Positions 39,086 through 53,200 of a stretch of DNA of 64,000 nt are shown in pieces. The number at the start of each line of letters is the position of its first letter. The first letter of the stretch is position 1. Below the pieces are notes generated by a model, which had not been told where the DNA came from, ran no database searches, and saw only the letters and a program-made list of their open reading frames with translations. The stretch comes from Amoebophrya sp. A120 (lineage: Eukaryota > Protista > Dinoflagellata). The DNA lies in NCBI GenBank assembly GCA_905178155.1, contig CAJINV010000004.1, positions 7,942,771-8,006,770 of the forward strand. The letters run 5' to 3'. The position numbers and the translations under genes were made by a program.

Positions 39086-40178
39086 TACTAAAGAATGTGA
39101 ACTGTGACTCTATCGATTAAATTTAGCGTGATTGTGACAAAGGGTAAGACCAAATATAGAGTCTGTGATGTGGTAAGTGTGATGAAAGAACCCGAACACC
39201 TGGTCACACCTTGTCTAGAAATTCGAGGTCTGCACAAGCACGACCATCCGCCACCAGGTTTGGAATAAAGCATATAGCATTGCCATACTTCTATTCTGTT
39301 GAACGACGAATGGTTTATTTGTAGGGGAGAAAGTTGTAAATGGATTGGAATTTTTACGCATTTGGCTTCGCATCACGTTGCACAGCACTGTCAGAGAGAT
39401 TTCGTTTCGAAGCTCAAGATAGATAGAACCTACACCATCCGTGCCAGAGAGACAACTATAGATCATTTTGTAGAAGTTGTAGCCTATCCTACGCAGTAAA
39501 GAGACGCGTCAACTTCTAGAGCTATGTCGAGATATTAACTCGATGACGTGCGTCCTATTGCTATTGCACTGCCGTTTTATTATTTTGATGACTTGATAGC
39601 GAGACTAGCGAGCAATCTATTTCCGATGGAACGATCTTGTGAAGCACTTGAAAAGATCTTTGTTAAAGACCAATTTGTTGTGTACATGTACAATATTTCT
39701 TGAAATTTTCCTGCGTTTTCTGGATCGATGGAGAGCCCTGGTTCGGACCGCAGGCACGGGCTTGTCAACCTTGTGACGAGAGTGTGCTGAGTGAAAAAAG
39801 AACAGCTGATTGGCTCATGGAAAAGTTTTGGAAGACAGCAGCACGGCGTACGACTCATAAAAAGACATACAGCACAGTTTTCCACAAAAGAAGAATGTTT
39901 GCCGGTACAAAAGACAAGAATTCGGCAGTACTTTGGAGAACTGCGCAGTTCTTCTGTAGCCCATAGAAAATTCGGCTTCGCTATAATACGATTGTGTTCT
40001 GAAGTCGTGGCTTCGTGCGTCCTCCTTTCTTGTCCGAAAAAACGACGTCCGCAGATGAAGGGACACGGGAGAGAAGTTCTCCCGTCGAGCATTCGCCAAC
40101 TAGAATCTGCTTCACCTGAGCCTGAGCGAGAGCATTACGTACTGTAATTTCATTTAGCCAACCAAATTCGTAGACAAA

Positions 40179-42849
40179 ATGACCTTCGTTTCTGCGGCTG
40201 GGCGGCATCAGCCCAAGACGATGCTCGTCTTTTCGTTTCTGGTTCAGAACTTCTACTCTAGCCCGCCGATAATTTTTATCGACGCAGCCTCCGTTCTCCC
40301 GGCAAAAATAACTACAAAGGAAGAAATGGAGAAGCTTTGCCTCCGCCATCCTCGGTTCATCGAAGACTACGAAAAGGAAATCAACAGCACGACAGTAAAC
40401 CACTACCCGTTTAAAAACACGAAGAAGGTTCTAGTGAAATACGGAGAAATACCCGGTATCACCCAGATCGCCGTCGCGGAGATTGTCGACGACTTCCCCC
40501 CGCACAGCCACGAAGACATGTTCGAACTGTTCTACATGCTGCCCTACAAACCGAATCACAAAGACTCCGGTCCAGGTACGCTTGTCAATGGGAACCGAGA
40601 TGGTCAGAACAACTATGTGAATCTGTTCAACTTCGGCATTGGCGATCTGAGCAATATGAGAGTGCACAGCTCCCCCTCCCCCTCATTTGTGTTGCATGAA
40701 CAGCAACACAAGCACTGGCAAAGATGCAGCTTTTGCATGACAAATTCCTAAGTGATTGTAGTGCTGTTTTGGCTTTCGGAATCTGTCATGCAAAGAGTGC
40801 TAACAGGCAGAAGGTAGATTTGGGATTTTGCATGACAAATGAGGGGGAGGGGGACGAGTTGTGCACTGTCATAAGCAAGGGGGAAAAAGCAGAAAACTAC
40901 ACCTACTGGCCGGAGAACGTCACCAATGACAATGAGTTCGACCTCGTGCCGGACTACAAGGACCAGGGGGGAAATTCCACGGCGGGCACGATGCTCTTAT
41001 TTCCGCCGGGCATCGAGCACAGCGGCGGGATCGTGCAGGACTCCGGGCCGTTGCAGCTGATCACGATCGGCGCCATTCCCTTTCCCGGAGAGACGGTCGA
41101 GCAGTACAAAGTCGCACCGGAAAATTCGCAGGCAAAATATCAAAATGAAAAATCCCCCCTCTGCATACTAAAACGGAGATTTGTGTAGCATGACTTGGGA
41201 CCACAAATCATGTTGTCATGCTAGAAGGCAAAAGATGCGGAGTGTAGTTCAGGCTGGCATGGCAAAGCCATGGAGTTTCAGCATGACAGGAGGCAACCGG
41301 AAGTGGGGAGCAGCATGACAAATTGCCTGCAATTAAGGCCGCAGCTGCGTCTCTTGTCCTTCTAGCAACACAAGCCGATCTGTGTGCGCAAATCCAGCAT
41401 CACAAATTTCCGTTCCGAGATGGGGAGGGGGGGCTTTCCCCCGTAATACAAAAACCCTGAAATTCGGAAAAACTCAGCTGGACGAGTTGAAACCAAAGCC
41501 GATGAAAGACAACGAAAAGATCACGAAGCGGGTGATGCTACCCTTGCCGGAAAAACAGTACCCGAAGTTACCGCATTTCATCACGTTTGCGGAGTCCACG
41601 CTTCCGAAAAACCAGCGTATGCATTGCAAATATGTCTGGGTCAGGAAGATTCTGAGATTTGCCATGCAGTTTTTCCAAGCTCCGCCAAGTCTGCTATGCA
41701 GGGCCTAGCATCACAGAGTCTGCAGCCCCTTTGTGATGCCTGTTCTACATGAGAAATGCAAACCTCAGCATGACCAGAAATGAGCACCTTTTGCAAGTCA
41801 CGCAACACAGATTTTTGTATGATCCGCAACGTGCATCACAAGTTCGCATCCTTTCAGACAAAACACCAGATATATTTGTAATGCATACAGCGGAACCCGA
41901 AGCACATCCACGCCGACGCCTACGAAGTGTATTTCGTGATGCGGGGGCAGGTATGGATTGCAAATATGTCTGGGTCTGGAAGAATAAAAACTTGTGATGC
42001 GCATTTCAGAACTCAGCAAAATCTCTCATGCATAGTTAGCAAAAGCTGCCCACTTTCTGCCAGCAAATGGAGGATTTGTTATGAGAATTCGGCATTGCGG
42101 AAGCTTCTCGAAACCTGTGATGCTAGATCTTCCATGCCAAACCTCCTGTGTTATGCAAAAACAGCATGATTCTTCCAGACCCAGACATTTTTGCATTTGA
42201 TAGCAGGGCTACATGGAGTTAGACGGCGAGGAAAAGCCGATCAAAACCGGATCCGTGGTGATTGTGCCCCCGAAAATCGAGCACGGGCCGATCGCGCATA
42301 AGAACAGCGAGCTGCATATCATTTGTAAAAACGTCCCCACCCCAGAGTTGTCATGCAGGTTTGCACGGACAGGAACATTTGTAACGCGCATCACCATGAG
42401 AGGAATTTCTAATCGTGTTGTGGCATTTGTAATGCTGTAACCAGGATCAGCAGATGGATTTGTGATGCGTTTTCCCTTGCTAACCTGCACTACACTACGG
42501 ACGGCAACTTGTGATGCAAGAGTCCCAAAACTTCTAGGTTTGTGTTGCAAAATCCCCATCTTGACTCTGGTGTGGGGACGTTTTTACTCAGGATACTGCA
42601 GCTGCTGTATTTCATGATTGAGACGCCGAAGGGGCCCTGTCAGCACTATCCTGTGCAAAAGTATCGTAGTCGTACTAATCGCACTCATGCATTACAAATT
42701 TCTTTCTCAAGTTGAATCCGCATTACAAATTCTATTTCTCATGCTGAGGAGATTTGTCATGCGATTTATACTAATACGATGCTTTTGCATTTCATAAGCA
42801 CGGGATATCGTCGAGGGACAAAGGGATGAACCAGCATCGAGAGCTCTAG
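40179..42849 (+). CDS. Bicupin-domain protein, probably ER-retained (ends NQHREL*)
   Basis: Cupin motifs PHSHEDMFELFY...FPPGIEH and HIHADAYEVYFVMRGQG...IVPPKIEH; 6 elements in the CDS. Confidence 0.8.
40655..40873. mobile_element. Intronic TIR element E
   Basis: DR AGCAA. Confidence 0.92.
41138..41448. mobile_element. Intronic TIR element F
   Basis: DR CAAAA. Confidence 0.88.
41618..41887. mobile_element. Intronic TIR element A
   Basis: DR CAGCG. Confidence 0.9.
41952..42202. mobile_element. Intronic TIR element A
   Basis: DR GCAGG (gives GT-AG). Confidence 0.92.
42317..42595. mobile_element. Intronic TIR element C
   Basis: DR CTGCA. Confidence 0.92.
42647..42796. mobile_element. Intronic TIR element B
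   Basis: DR AGCAC. Confidence 0.92.
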
Positions 42850-42851
42850 AG

Positions 42852-43112
42852 TATCGAATGCAAATATGTCTGGGTCTGGAGAGATGGAACTTGTGATGCT
42901 AATTTTGGACTCCAGAAAAATCGGTATTGCATGACCACCAAGAGGAGTCCAGTTTGTGCTACGCGGGAAGGGCGTTTGTCATGCGGAATAGGCATCAGGA
43001 AGCCTGCTAAAAATCTGTGATGCTAGGCCATGCATTACAGGCATCATGGGCCATGCAAAACATGCATTACAAACCTGGCGCTTTCCAGACCCGGACATAC
43101 TTGCAATGCATA
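42852..43112. mobile_element. TIR element A just after a stop codon
   Basis: DR TAGAG. Confidence 0.92.
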
Positions 43113-43596
43113 TAGAGCTCGGCTGTACAAGAACTCCTGCGGCGGGTGAACAAGCCGGATCCGGAGCCATTCGATCTACTGAAAAAACCATTTGTTCTTT
43201 ATTTGTGCAGACGAAAACGAATACGAAAATGCACCACCTTTAGCATTTTTCTATCGGAACGCGGATTTTTCAAATTCAAAATTAAAACCGCAGAGAGTTC
43301 TTGCGAACAATCCTTTCGTCGGTTGAATTCTTTTTTTGTGCGGGTGCCAGGCCGCATTTGAGTGCGCAAGAGAAATTTCGCCCTGGTTCGGGTTCGTTTT
43401 TGTTTTTTTTTTGCACGGCGAGTGTACTTACTATGAGTGTGCTTACCATGACAACGCTGGACCGGCCCGCCGCGCTCATCGTGCTAGTTTACTGCTCTCT
43501 GTTCAGAGTACAACAAGAAAAAGTCCATGATCTACAGGACCCACGAGCAAACCAGTATACTTCATCTACACGACGAGAACTTCAGAGAAAAACACC

Positions 43597-46592
43597 ATGT
43601 CCACCACCGCCCGTTCAGCGAACGCCGCGAAGCTCGGATTCTCTCGCGACGTTCTGGAAGGCATATCAAATGCAAGTATGTCTGGGTCTGGAAGATTGCG
43701 AGATTTGTCATGCTGCTTTGGCATGACTCTGCACTCTGTATTGCGTGGCCACAAAGCGGTCCTCTTGTCTGTCATGCAAAAGCGCAGTTCCTCATGACAT
43801 GCGAAATAAGCAGCACAGAAGCACGGAAAAACTTGTCATGCTTGGCGGCGCATTACAGAGCACTTATTGTTCATGGACTTGCATCACAAGTTTCCAGATC
43901 CAGACATATTTGCAATGGATAAGGCAAGGTCGCGATCATTTCCGGCTCAACCCGCGGCATCGGCCGGGAATGCGCTTTGGCGTTGGCCAGGGAGGTATCA
44001 AATGCAAATATGTCTGGGTCTGGACACTTGTAATGCTGAATGGTCATGATTGACTGTGCTTTTAAGTGCAGCGCAGCATGACAAATTTTTCCAACGCTTT
44101 CTCATGCGCAGAACGCATTACAAACTGCGCTTTTGCATGACGAAAGTGTGGCGCTTGATTTGCTGCTTATGCAATACAAATTTTTCAGACATGCGAGACA
44201 CGCAATACAGGTTCGAACTTTCCAGACCCAGACATTTATGCGATGCATACGAGGGATGTCGAATTGTCGTCGCGGGCAAGTCTTTGAAGTCGACACCCGA
44301 ATATCCTGTGCAAAAGTATCGTACTCGTAGTCATCGCAGCTATGCATTACAAATCTAGTTGGTTAGGTAAATCCGCATTGCAAATTTAATTTGTAATGCT
44401 GAGCCAACTTGTATTGCGATTTGTACTAGTACGATACTTTTGCAGTGCATACCGAACTTCCAGGGTCGATTTACTCCGTTGCGGATGAAGTACGGGCGTG
44501 CGGGTCGGAGGCGATTAGTGTGCAGGTATTTGTAGGAGATTTGAATTTGTTTATGCATAAAACCCATGTAGTTGTAGTACAAGTATGTGAACAAGTGCTG
44601 TTCTTTCTCTTTGTCATGCAGTTGACTTCAACCTCTTCTAAAGTGTAATTGTGTACTATAATCCTCGCATTGAACATAATTTCTACAGCTCGACGTCCTT
44701 TCCGAAGAGTCCATCATCAAATGTGTGGAAGCCGCCGTGGAGAAATGGGGCCGCGTGGTATCAAATGCAAATATATCTGGGTCCGGAAAGGTGGAGCTTG
44801 TGATGCTGCGTTTGGATTCCAAAAAAATCTGTATTGCCTGAGCAGCATGTAGGAGTCTAGTTTTTGTTAGTTACGCGGACAGGGCACTTCTCATGCCCGA
44901 CAGGCATCAAGAAGCACTCAGAATCAAGTCTGTGATGCTAGGGAATACCTCACAGACATCAAGGAGCATGTAGATCCTGCATGACAAGTCTCGTATTCTT
45001 CCAAAGATGAACCCAGAGATACTTATTTGCAATGCATAGGTGGACATCTGCGTCAACAACGCCTCCGCGCTTTGGTGGCAGACCATCAATTATCAAATGC
45101 AAAAGTGTCTGGGTCTGGAAACTTGTGATGCTGGGTGGCGTATCATGAGGAGGCCACAAGGGCTGGCTCAGCATGACAAGCTTCTGAGCTTCTAGGTGTT
45201 GCCTATTCTGCATGACAAACTGCGTTTCTGCATGACAGAAAAATGGCGCTCTTGGGTAAGGTGCATGACAGATTTGAGAGTCATGCCAGACAAGCATGAC
45301 AAACATGCACTCTTCCAGACCCAGACATTTTTACATTTGATATCAACGACACCCCGTCGAAAAAATACGACCTGATATGCATTGCAAAAGTATAACGTGC
45401 TAGTATGAATAGCATCACAAAGTCGCTCAGCATTAGAAATGGAATTTGTATAATACTGTTTTACTTTTACCTTAGGAAGAAGATCATTTGTCATGCATGT
45501 TTGCAATTAGTACGATTGCGATGCTTTTGCAGTTCATACCTGATCACCCGGCTGAACACCCGCGGGTCCTTCCTGCTCACCAAGCACTGCCTGCCCCACA
45601 TGCGCAAGAACAAATTTGGGCGCGTGATCTGCATGAGTCCGCCAATTGAGTTGGAGAAAGAAGCGTACAAAGTATGGCCCTCTCAAACGTTACATTCTCA
45701 GCTGGTGTTACATGGATTTGTAATGCTAGAACAGCAACAGTGAAAGTGGCAAGATTGAAGCTTTCGCATTACAGATTATTTTCCACAGATTATCATGCTG
45801 CTTAGCCCTTCGAAAATTTGTCATGCGAAGCACCTTGATCAAGTGGAGGCTGATGGCAATTTTGCATGACGAATCCGTGTAACAGTTGAGAATGTAACAG
45901 TTGAAAATGCCATAGAAAGGGCTTTGCGCGTACAACATCAGCAAGATGGGGATGACGATGGTAGCGCTAGGTGCGGCGGCCGTATGAGAATGCAGCACAA
46001 CTCCCCGTTCCCTCATTTGTCATGCAAAATACCAAATCCAAGCGCTGCCGTGTGGTTGTACTGTTTGCATGACAAAGTCCGGAAGCCCAAACAGTACTAC
46101 ACTAGGGACATAAAAAATTTCTCATGCATAGGCTCCGCGTGTGCTGGTGTTTGTATTGCTGTTCATGCCATAGCCATGCAAATGAGGGGGAGGGGGAGTT
46201 GTGCACTGTTATAGGCCGAGGGCGTGGACGATAACATCCTCGCGAACAGCTTGTGGCCCGCCACGGTCATCGAATCCCAAGCCAGTATCAACTTCGACTT
46301 GGGTGATAAGAAGTTGTGGCGGAAAGCGACCATCCTCGCGGACGCCACGGTGAGTCTGTGTTGCGATCAGGAAACAACCGGACAGATGCTGATCGATGAT
46401 GAATACTTGACGGAAGTCAGAGGATTGACGAAAGACGATTTGAAAACCTACCGATACGACCCCAATACTGACCCGCCGCGGCTCCTTGCGGAGAAAACCG
46501 GGTCCATGGTGACACGCGGGGACGTGCGGAAAGTGAAGCAGGAGAGGAGAACTGATGATTTTGAGAAGGCGAAAAATAAAAGCAAATTGTAA
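43597..46592 (+). CDS. HSDL2: Hydroxysteroid dehydrogenase-like 2 type short-chain dehydrogenase, peroxisomal (C-terminal SKL)
   Basis: KVAIISGSTRGIG, LPGSIYSVA, DICVNNASA, LNTRGSF, YNISKMGM (YxxxK), NSLWPAT, ...KSKL*; 8 elements plus GT-AG intron 44526-44688. Confidence 0.85.
43664..43921. mobile_element. Intronic TIR element A
   Basis: DR AGGCA. Confidence 0.92.
43996..44249. mobile_element. Intronic TIR element A
   Basis: DR GGAGG/CGAGG (gives GT-AG). Confidence 0.9.
44302..44451. mobile_element. Intronic TIR element B
   Basis: DR CCGAA. Confidence 0.9.
44759..45038. mobile_element. Intronic TIR element A
   Basis: DR CGTGG/GGTGG. Confidence 0.88.
45091..45342. mobile_element. Intronic TIR element A
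   Basis: DR TCAAT/TCAAC. Confidence 0.92.
45376..45538. mobile_element. Intronic TIR element B
   Basis: DR CCTGA. Confidence 0.9.
45673..45914. mobile_element. Intronic TIR element D
   Basis: DR CAAAG/GAAAG. Confidence 0.9.
45983..46213. mobile_element. Intronic TIR element E
   Basis: DR GGCCG. Confidence 0.9.
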
Positions 46593-47256
46593 AGGTCTTG
46601 TTGCAAAGACACCGATAAATTTTTTCTAATATGCATGTAATGTTTTCCGTGTGAAGACTACATGATACATTATAGATCGATCTTCTTCTTCAGCGCAGTC
46701 TTTGATGTGCTAGTACTTCTTCAAGGTCTTCCTCTTAAGCGCAACTACGCCTTGATCGATGAAACGAAAACAGCAAAAATTCTGGCACCCGCGTCGTGCA
46801 GCAGACACGCAATTTGAATACCCAGAAATTTTTGTGTTCCTAAGATCTTGACTTCCGCAGCGGCGGCGGCGGACGGGAAAAAATACTATAGCGACTTCTT
46901 CATATTATACCCGAAAAATACGACGTGCTCGCAGACTCGGGCTTGTCGCGCGTGGAAGATCACGACACAACCCATATCGACTTTGATCTCGTCGTTTTTG
47001 TTCTTGTCCCAGTTCTTTTCTGTTATGCAAAACTTTTTCGAAAAAAAAGAACTTCTGCGTGCAGAATTTCAATTTATTTCGGTATAATATTTTTCTTGTG
47101 CTTCCCAAATTTTTAGCTAGGCCACGTTGCTGTTTTAGTTGGACTTGGAAGAAGTGGTGGTGCTGCCTCATTCGATGCACCGAAGTTTTGGTGGCACGAG
47201 CACCAGAGGGAACTACATATAGGGAGGAGTAAGTCCGAGGTACTAGAAACTGAAAC

Positions 47257-50200
47257 ATGGTTGAAATGGCAGCTTGGCAGCTTCTCCGCAACGCGAAAGC
47301 AGCACTGTTGCTGTCGCTGCAGTGGGCGAGCTTCTGCGTAGCGAGCTCCATGGTGTCTTCTTCTACATCGGATCATCCAGCAGGAGCAGCACAGTCTTTT
47401 CTTCAGTCGACCGCGATATCAAACTCTCTCACCTCATCTCTCGTAGTGGAGCCACCAGGTAGTTCCAGTACAACTGGATCCCTCCGGGCACGGAGCTCTG
47501 AACATCAAGCGGATCATACGCTGTGGAAAAATGCGCGTCTGCTCGGCAGGATAAGCCACGGGTGGACCTCATCCGCCTCTCACAGCGGATTCAGCAGCCC
47601 AACGGAAGAGATGCGGAAGAAGTTCCGATCGCTTTCTCCCTGGATGGTGGAGAAGAACCGAAAAGAGTTTTTGTCTTGCGGTCCCCAGAACACAGTGTTG
47701 ATTCCTCCAATGGGAGGCGGGGGAAATAATCAGCAGGGAAAAAACACGCAAAAGCAGTCCGAGCTGGGTAAAAGCACGATGAAGCAATTCGAGAAAGAAT
47801 CGCTGGAGAAATTTCAGGTTTTCAAAAACGGCTGGGACCCGGAAACCGTCCGGAGAGCGTTGAAGAAAAATCCAACTGCGGCTGTGGAAACCCAGGACGA
47901 CAAAGGCTACATATCAAATGCAAAAATGTCTGGGTCTGGAAGAGTGTAGACCTGTCATGCAGATTTTCCATGACCCATGAGGTCTGGAATGCGGGACTTA
48001 GCATGACAGACTCTGCGAGGTCTCTGCCATGCCCATTCTGCATGAGAAACTCCGTGCCAACTTGGTCAAAAGTGGACAGCTTTTGGCACTCATGCAACAC
48101 AGATTTTTGCATGCTTCAGATTTACCATGACAAGGTGCAAGCTTCCAGACCCAGACATTTTCGCAATTCATACTACACGCCCCTGCACGAGATCGGCTGG
48201 AACATGGCTTTGGATGCGAAAATATCCTGTGCAAAAGTATCGTACTCGTAGTAATTGCAATCATGCATTACAAATCTTTTTCTTAAGGTAAATCAGCATT
48301 ACAGATGTCATTTCTCATGCTGAGTAAAATTCAAATTGTAAATGCATTCATACGAGTGCGATACTTTTGCACTGCATAGAAAACGGTCGCAACCCCCACG
48401 CAGTCCATGGCGCTGGCAAGCAGGAAGCAGCGGTTACAGGAGTTGCTCAGTGCTTGCGCGGCGAGCACTAGTAGTCCGGCCGCGTATGGGAGTGGATGGC
48501 ACTCGTGTAAAAGTACAACAACTTGTTCGAAAGCTCCTAAACCTGGCGGTAATTCTAATTTTTCGTTGCGCTCTCCAGCAACTGCGACGGGTGGTGCGGG
48601 AAAAATAAAGTGGACCTCGTCGGCAGCAGCGGCGTCCTGTGACGTGTTACCACCTCCCACGCACGACGGGGCAGAAGATGAGTCTCGACGACAGCAGCAG
48701 CAAAATCGTGTAGTTGAGTGGCGTACTACGGGGACGCCGTCAGGCTCCTCCCCAATCAGTACACTCAAGGGAGTATCAAATGTAAAAATGTCTGGGTCTG
48801 GAAGAATGCGCGATTTGTCATGCAGCTTTTCCATCACCCATGAAGCCTGGAATGCAGGACCTAGCATGACAGATTTTGTGCGATCTCTCTCATGCCTGTC
48901 CTGCATGAGAAACTCCCTCCCGACTTGGTCAAAACTGGGCGACTTTTGGTAATCATGCAACACAGATTTTTGCATGCTTCAGATTTAGCATGACAGGTTG
49001 CATTGTTCCAGACCCAGACATTTTTACATTTGATAGGGAGAACGAAGCCGGTCCCACTCGCTCTCGTCCACCCGAGCCTCAACGAAGTGGATATGGGGTT
49101 CTCAAACGTTACATTCCCAACTGTTACATGAATTTGTCATGTGAAAGCACCATCATCATCCTCACGATCAAGCTGCTCCGCATGACAAATTTGCGAAGGG
49201 CCAAACCGCACCTAAATATCATGTGCCAAATCTGTCATGCAAAAGGCGCAATCTTCGCCCTTGCAGTTTTGCCATTCTTGCATCACAAATTCACGTAACA
49301 GTTGAGAATGTAACAGTTGAGAACGCCATAGTGGACCGCGAGGACACGGACGGCTGCTTCCAGCATCGATTTTGACGACCCAACAAATGCGTCGGCCGTG
49401 CTGCTCACCGAGGAAAAGCTCCCCCTGATCTTTTCCCCCACACAAAAAAACACCACTGCGGACGACGTTCTGATGGGAAACGCAACAACTACTGACGATA
49501 TATTTCAAGGTGATGAAATGCAACAACCAGAAGCAGTAGTTCTTTCTCCATCTCCAGCTATGAAGAAAGCGAACTCGGGCTCCACACAGGATTCCAACGC
49601 GAGGTCTTCCTGTTCTACCGCAGCGACTTCTTCGAACCCAACGGTGTCTTCCGCGTCGACGCGAGCGCCGGCGTTTATGGGTGTTTCAGGATCGAAAGCG
49701 ACGAAGTTGAAATAACTTGTTATGCATAAAATCGATACCAGTTGGAAGCCCAATTTCTAAGCGGTGCATGATAAATTTTCGGAGCACCGGAATCCAATTT
49801 GTCATGCTGCTTGGGCACAGAAGACTGCTTTTGTCATGCTCCTTTAGCAGCACTATCCCAAACACTAAATAGGCTCACAATTTGCCTCACTTGCCATCCC
49901 GGCAAGAGAGGCACTTCATGCCTGGCATTTTATGCATGGCAAATCATTTCAACTTTGTCGATTTCAAACCTGACGCAACCATAGCGCTGTCGCCGCCTTC
50001 GGGGACCAGTGCGGGAACTGGGTTATCAAATGGAAAAATCCCTGGATGTCTGGAAACTTGTGATGCTGAGTGGCGTAGCATACGGAGGCCACAAGTGCTG
50101 GCTCAGCATGACAAATTTCTGAGCTTGTATGTTTTGCCTATTCTGCATGACAAACTGCGTCTCCGCATGACAGAAAAAATCGTCTCTTGGGCAATGCGCA

Positions 50201-53200
50201 TGACAGATTTAAGAGTCATGCCAGACAAGCATGACAAACATGCATTCTTCCAGACCCAGACATTTTTACATTTGATATGGGTGCTATTCGAACAAGAATA
50301 TGATGATGGTGAGCAAGCAGGACAGCGGCAGTTGTGCGAGCAGTTGTTCCGTCGCCTGCTTCGCCAGCTGCGGGGCCGCGACCTCCACTCCAGGTGGCTT
50401 CCTGAGTCCTCCCGGGGATTCGCACCGATCCTTTCAGGGATTGCGGTTGCAGCGGACGGCGTCCGGGGAACAAGACGATGGTGAGCAAGATGAAGACGAA
50501 ATAACGGGAAGATCTACTAGTAACCGTCGCAATGGTGCGCGGTTTGGAGAACTGGCAAATAATAGCTTCATCCGGGAGGAGCATGCTGATCTACCGGAAG
50601 ATCATCGCATTGACGATGACGAGGACGAACAAGAGTCGGACGTCGACGAGCCGCGCATGACCCGGGCGATCAGCATGCTAGACGAGCACATGACCGAGAA
50701 AGTAATCGCGGACTTCTTGACCGCGTGTGAACTGGAAAGAAAAGCGAACGAGTCTCCGGTCTTTCCACCGACAGGAGATCTTCCAAGTGGTCGTGACGAC
50801 GTTCAGAACCGAAAGGTAATTACTGGTTATCAAATTTAAAGATGTCTGGGTCTGGAAGATTCTGAGACTTGTCATGCACGTTTTGCATGAGCCCTGATGT
50901 CTGTGATGCATGCCCTAGCATCACAGACTTTTTGAGGGCTTCTTGATGCCTATTCCGCATGACAAATGCCCTCCCCGCGTAGCAAGCATTACGCTCCCTT
51001 TGCTGCTCATGCAATACAAATTTTTTTCGAATCCAGAGACAGCATCACAAGTTCCAACCTTACAGACCCAGACATTTTTGCATTTGATACTGGTAACGAC
51101 ACAACGATGTCCTGCCCGCATCACAGCGTTTTCGAGGATTCGGTCGGAAAAGAGTTCTTCAACAACCCTGAGACTATCCTGTGCAAAAGTATCGTACTCG
51201 TACTGCAATCATGCATTACAAATCTTTTTCTCAAGGTCAATCAGCATTACAAATTTTATATATTATTTCTCATGCTGAGGAAATTCAAATTTGTAATGCA
51301 TTTATACGAGTACGATACTTTTGCAATTCATAGACACAGGCTCGAGTTCTTTCGCGGGGGCAGCAGGATCCTCAAGCCTGACGCAATCCGCGGACGTTTT
51401 GTCGTCTACAACCTCTACAAAGACGAAGCCAAAAACGACTACCGTGGTGCGGCGAAGTTCCGGCAGCACTACTTTGTCAAAAAGCAGTTTCGGTTCCTCC
51501 AGTTCCGCTGCTGACAAAGAAATAACATCAGGGAAAACAACAAGCAAGCCGTCTTTATTACTTGGCGACGATAGTACTACCGGCTGCCGCCGCGTACCCA
51601 GGCGGCGCCGAACCGTTCCCCAGGCGATCGAGACCGATTTGGACCACGAGGAGCAACTGTTTGTGCAACACCACAGTGGAGGTGCAACAACCAGGCTCAA
51701 CTCCGCACTCGGAGCGGCTGCGGGTGGTGGCTCTTGCAACACGATCGCGTCTATCAAATGCAAAAATGTCTGGGTCAGGAAGAGTCATGCCGTTTTTGCA
51801 TGACACAGAAGGTCTGGCATTGAAGCTCTAGCATCACAGGTTTCGAGAAGCGTTCGCAATGCCGAATCCGTATGACAAATCCCCCTCTTTGGTGACAGAA
51901 AGTGGGCAACTTTTGCTGCCTATGCACGAGAGATTTTTCTGTGTTCTGAAATGCGCATCACAAGTTTGTATTCTTCCAGACCCAGACACCTTTGCACTTG
52001 ATAGCGTCCTCTCACCTCGCCGAGCCCTTCGTCCCAATCCGGATCTCCCCGGGCGGAACGGTTATTCTGGGTAAAAACGTCACCACCCCATAGTCAAGAT
52101 GGGAAATCTGCTAGACAAATCAGCCAGCTTTGGTTGTTTCGCATCACAGGTTTGTCCTCGTAGTGTGAAAATCCTGTTTAGGTAGTTCAGCAGCATCACA
52201 GATCTAGCCTTTTATGCTGCTTGGAGCATTACAAATTTCAAAACACGAATAGAAAACCCTTCCCATGGAGCTCCGCATGAGAAATGTTTTCAGCATGCAG
52301 ATTTGCATGACAACTACGGGGTGGGGACGTTTTTACATAGGATAACGGTGCAGGGGTCTTCCTGTCCGAACGTGCGACGGGTTCGCTTCACGATGCAGCA
52401 GCCTCTGGACATTGTCACGAAGTCAGCCGCGGTCGCGCGGGTGCTCCTGGAGTTCGGCGCGGACGTGGATGCCGCGGTGAAAGCGCCCCTGTTCCGGTCT
52501 ACGAAGCCGCTCTTCGGTGCCTGGGTTCGGTTCGTATGAAATGCAAAGGCATCGTACTCGTATAAATAGCGTGGGAGATGAAATCTGTATTGCGGATTTA
52601 CCTTAAGAAAAAGATTTGTAATGCATGACTGCAATTACTACGGTACGAGTGCGATGCTTTTGCAGTTCATAGTTCGACACGGAGGTGAACAACCGCTTAC
52701 CCCCGAACATTGATTTAGCCGCTTTACTTCTTCTCCACGGCGCAGATTTCACGGAGATGCTGCGGGACGTGGGCCTCGCACGGAAGGGGCACATCAAGTG
52801 CGGAATGGACTTCTTATTTGAAAAGGAGGATTTTCCAACTGGGCCGATGATGAATAACAACGGGGCGCTCCAACTCCCGGGAATTACCGACAAAAACCAC
52901 ATTTTCTTGCGGCACAAGATCGCCGCCTGGATCAAGCGCGATGGACCCTTTGCGTTTGAGTTGCTGCAGAATTTGGAGAAGCAGTTACTGCCCGGAGGTT
53001 CATCCGCAATACAAAGGTTCTCGCCAGGGGTGTCGTCTTCAAATTCCCGGCCCACGTCTACCTCCAAATCCTCGAATCTTTTCGGCCGGACCAGCGGGCC
53101 GAGCGGGGGGCTCCCGTCGTCGCTAGCGGCATCCTCGTCGCACAGTGCAAGCCAGAAAGAAAAACAAGCTACTGCTCAAGAACTTTCGAATTACTATCAG

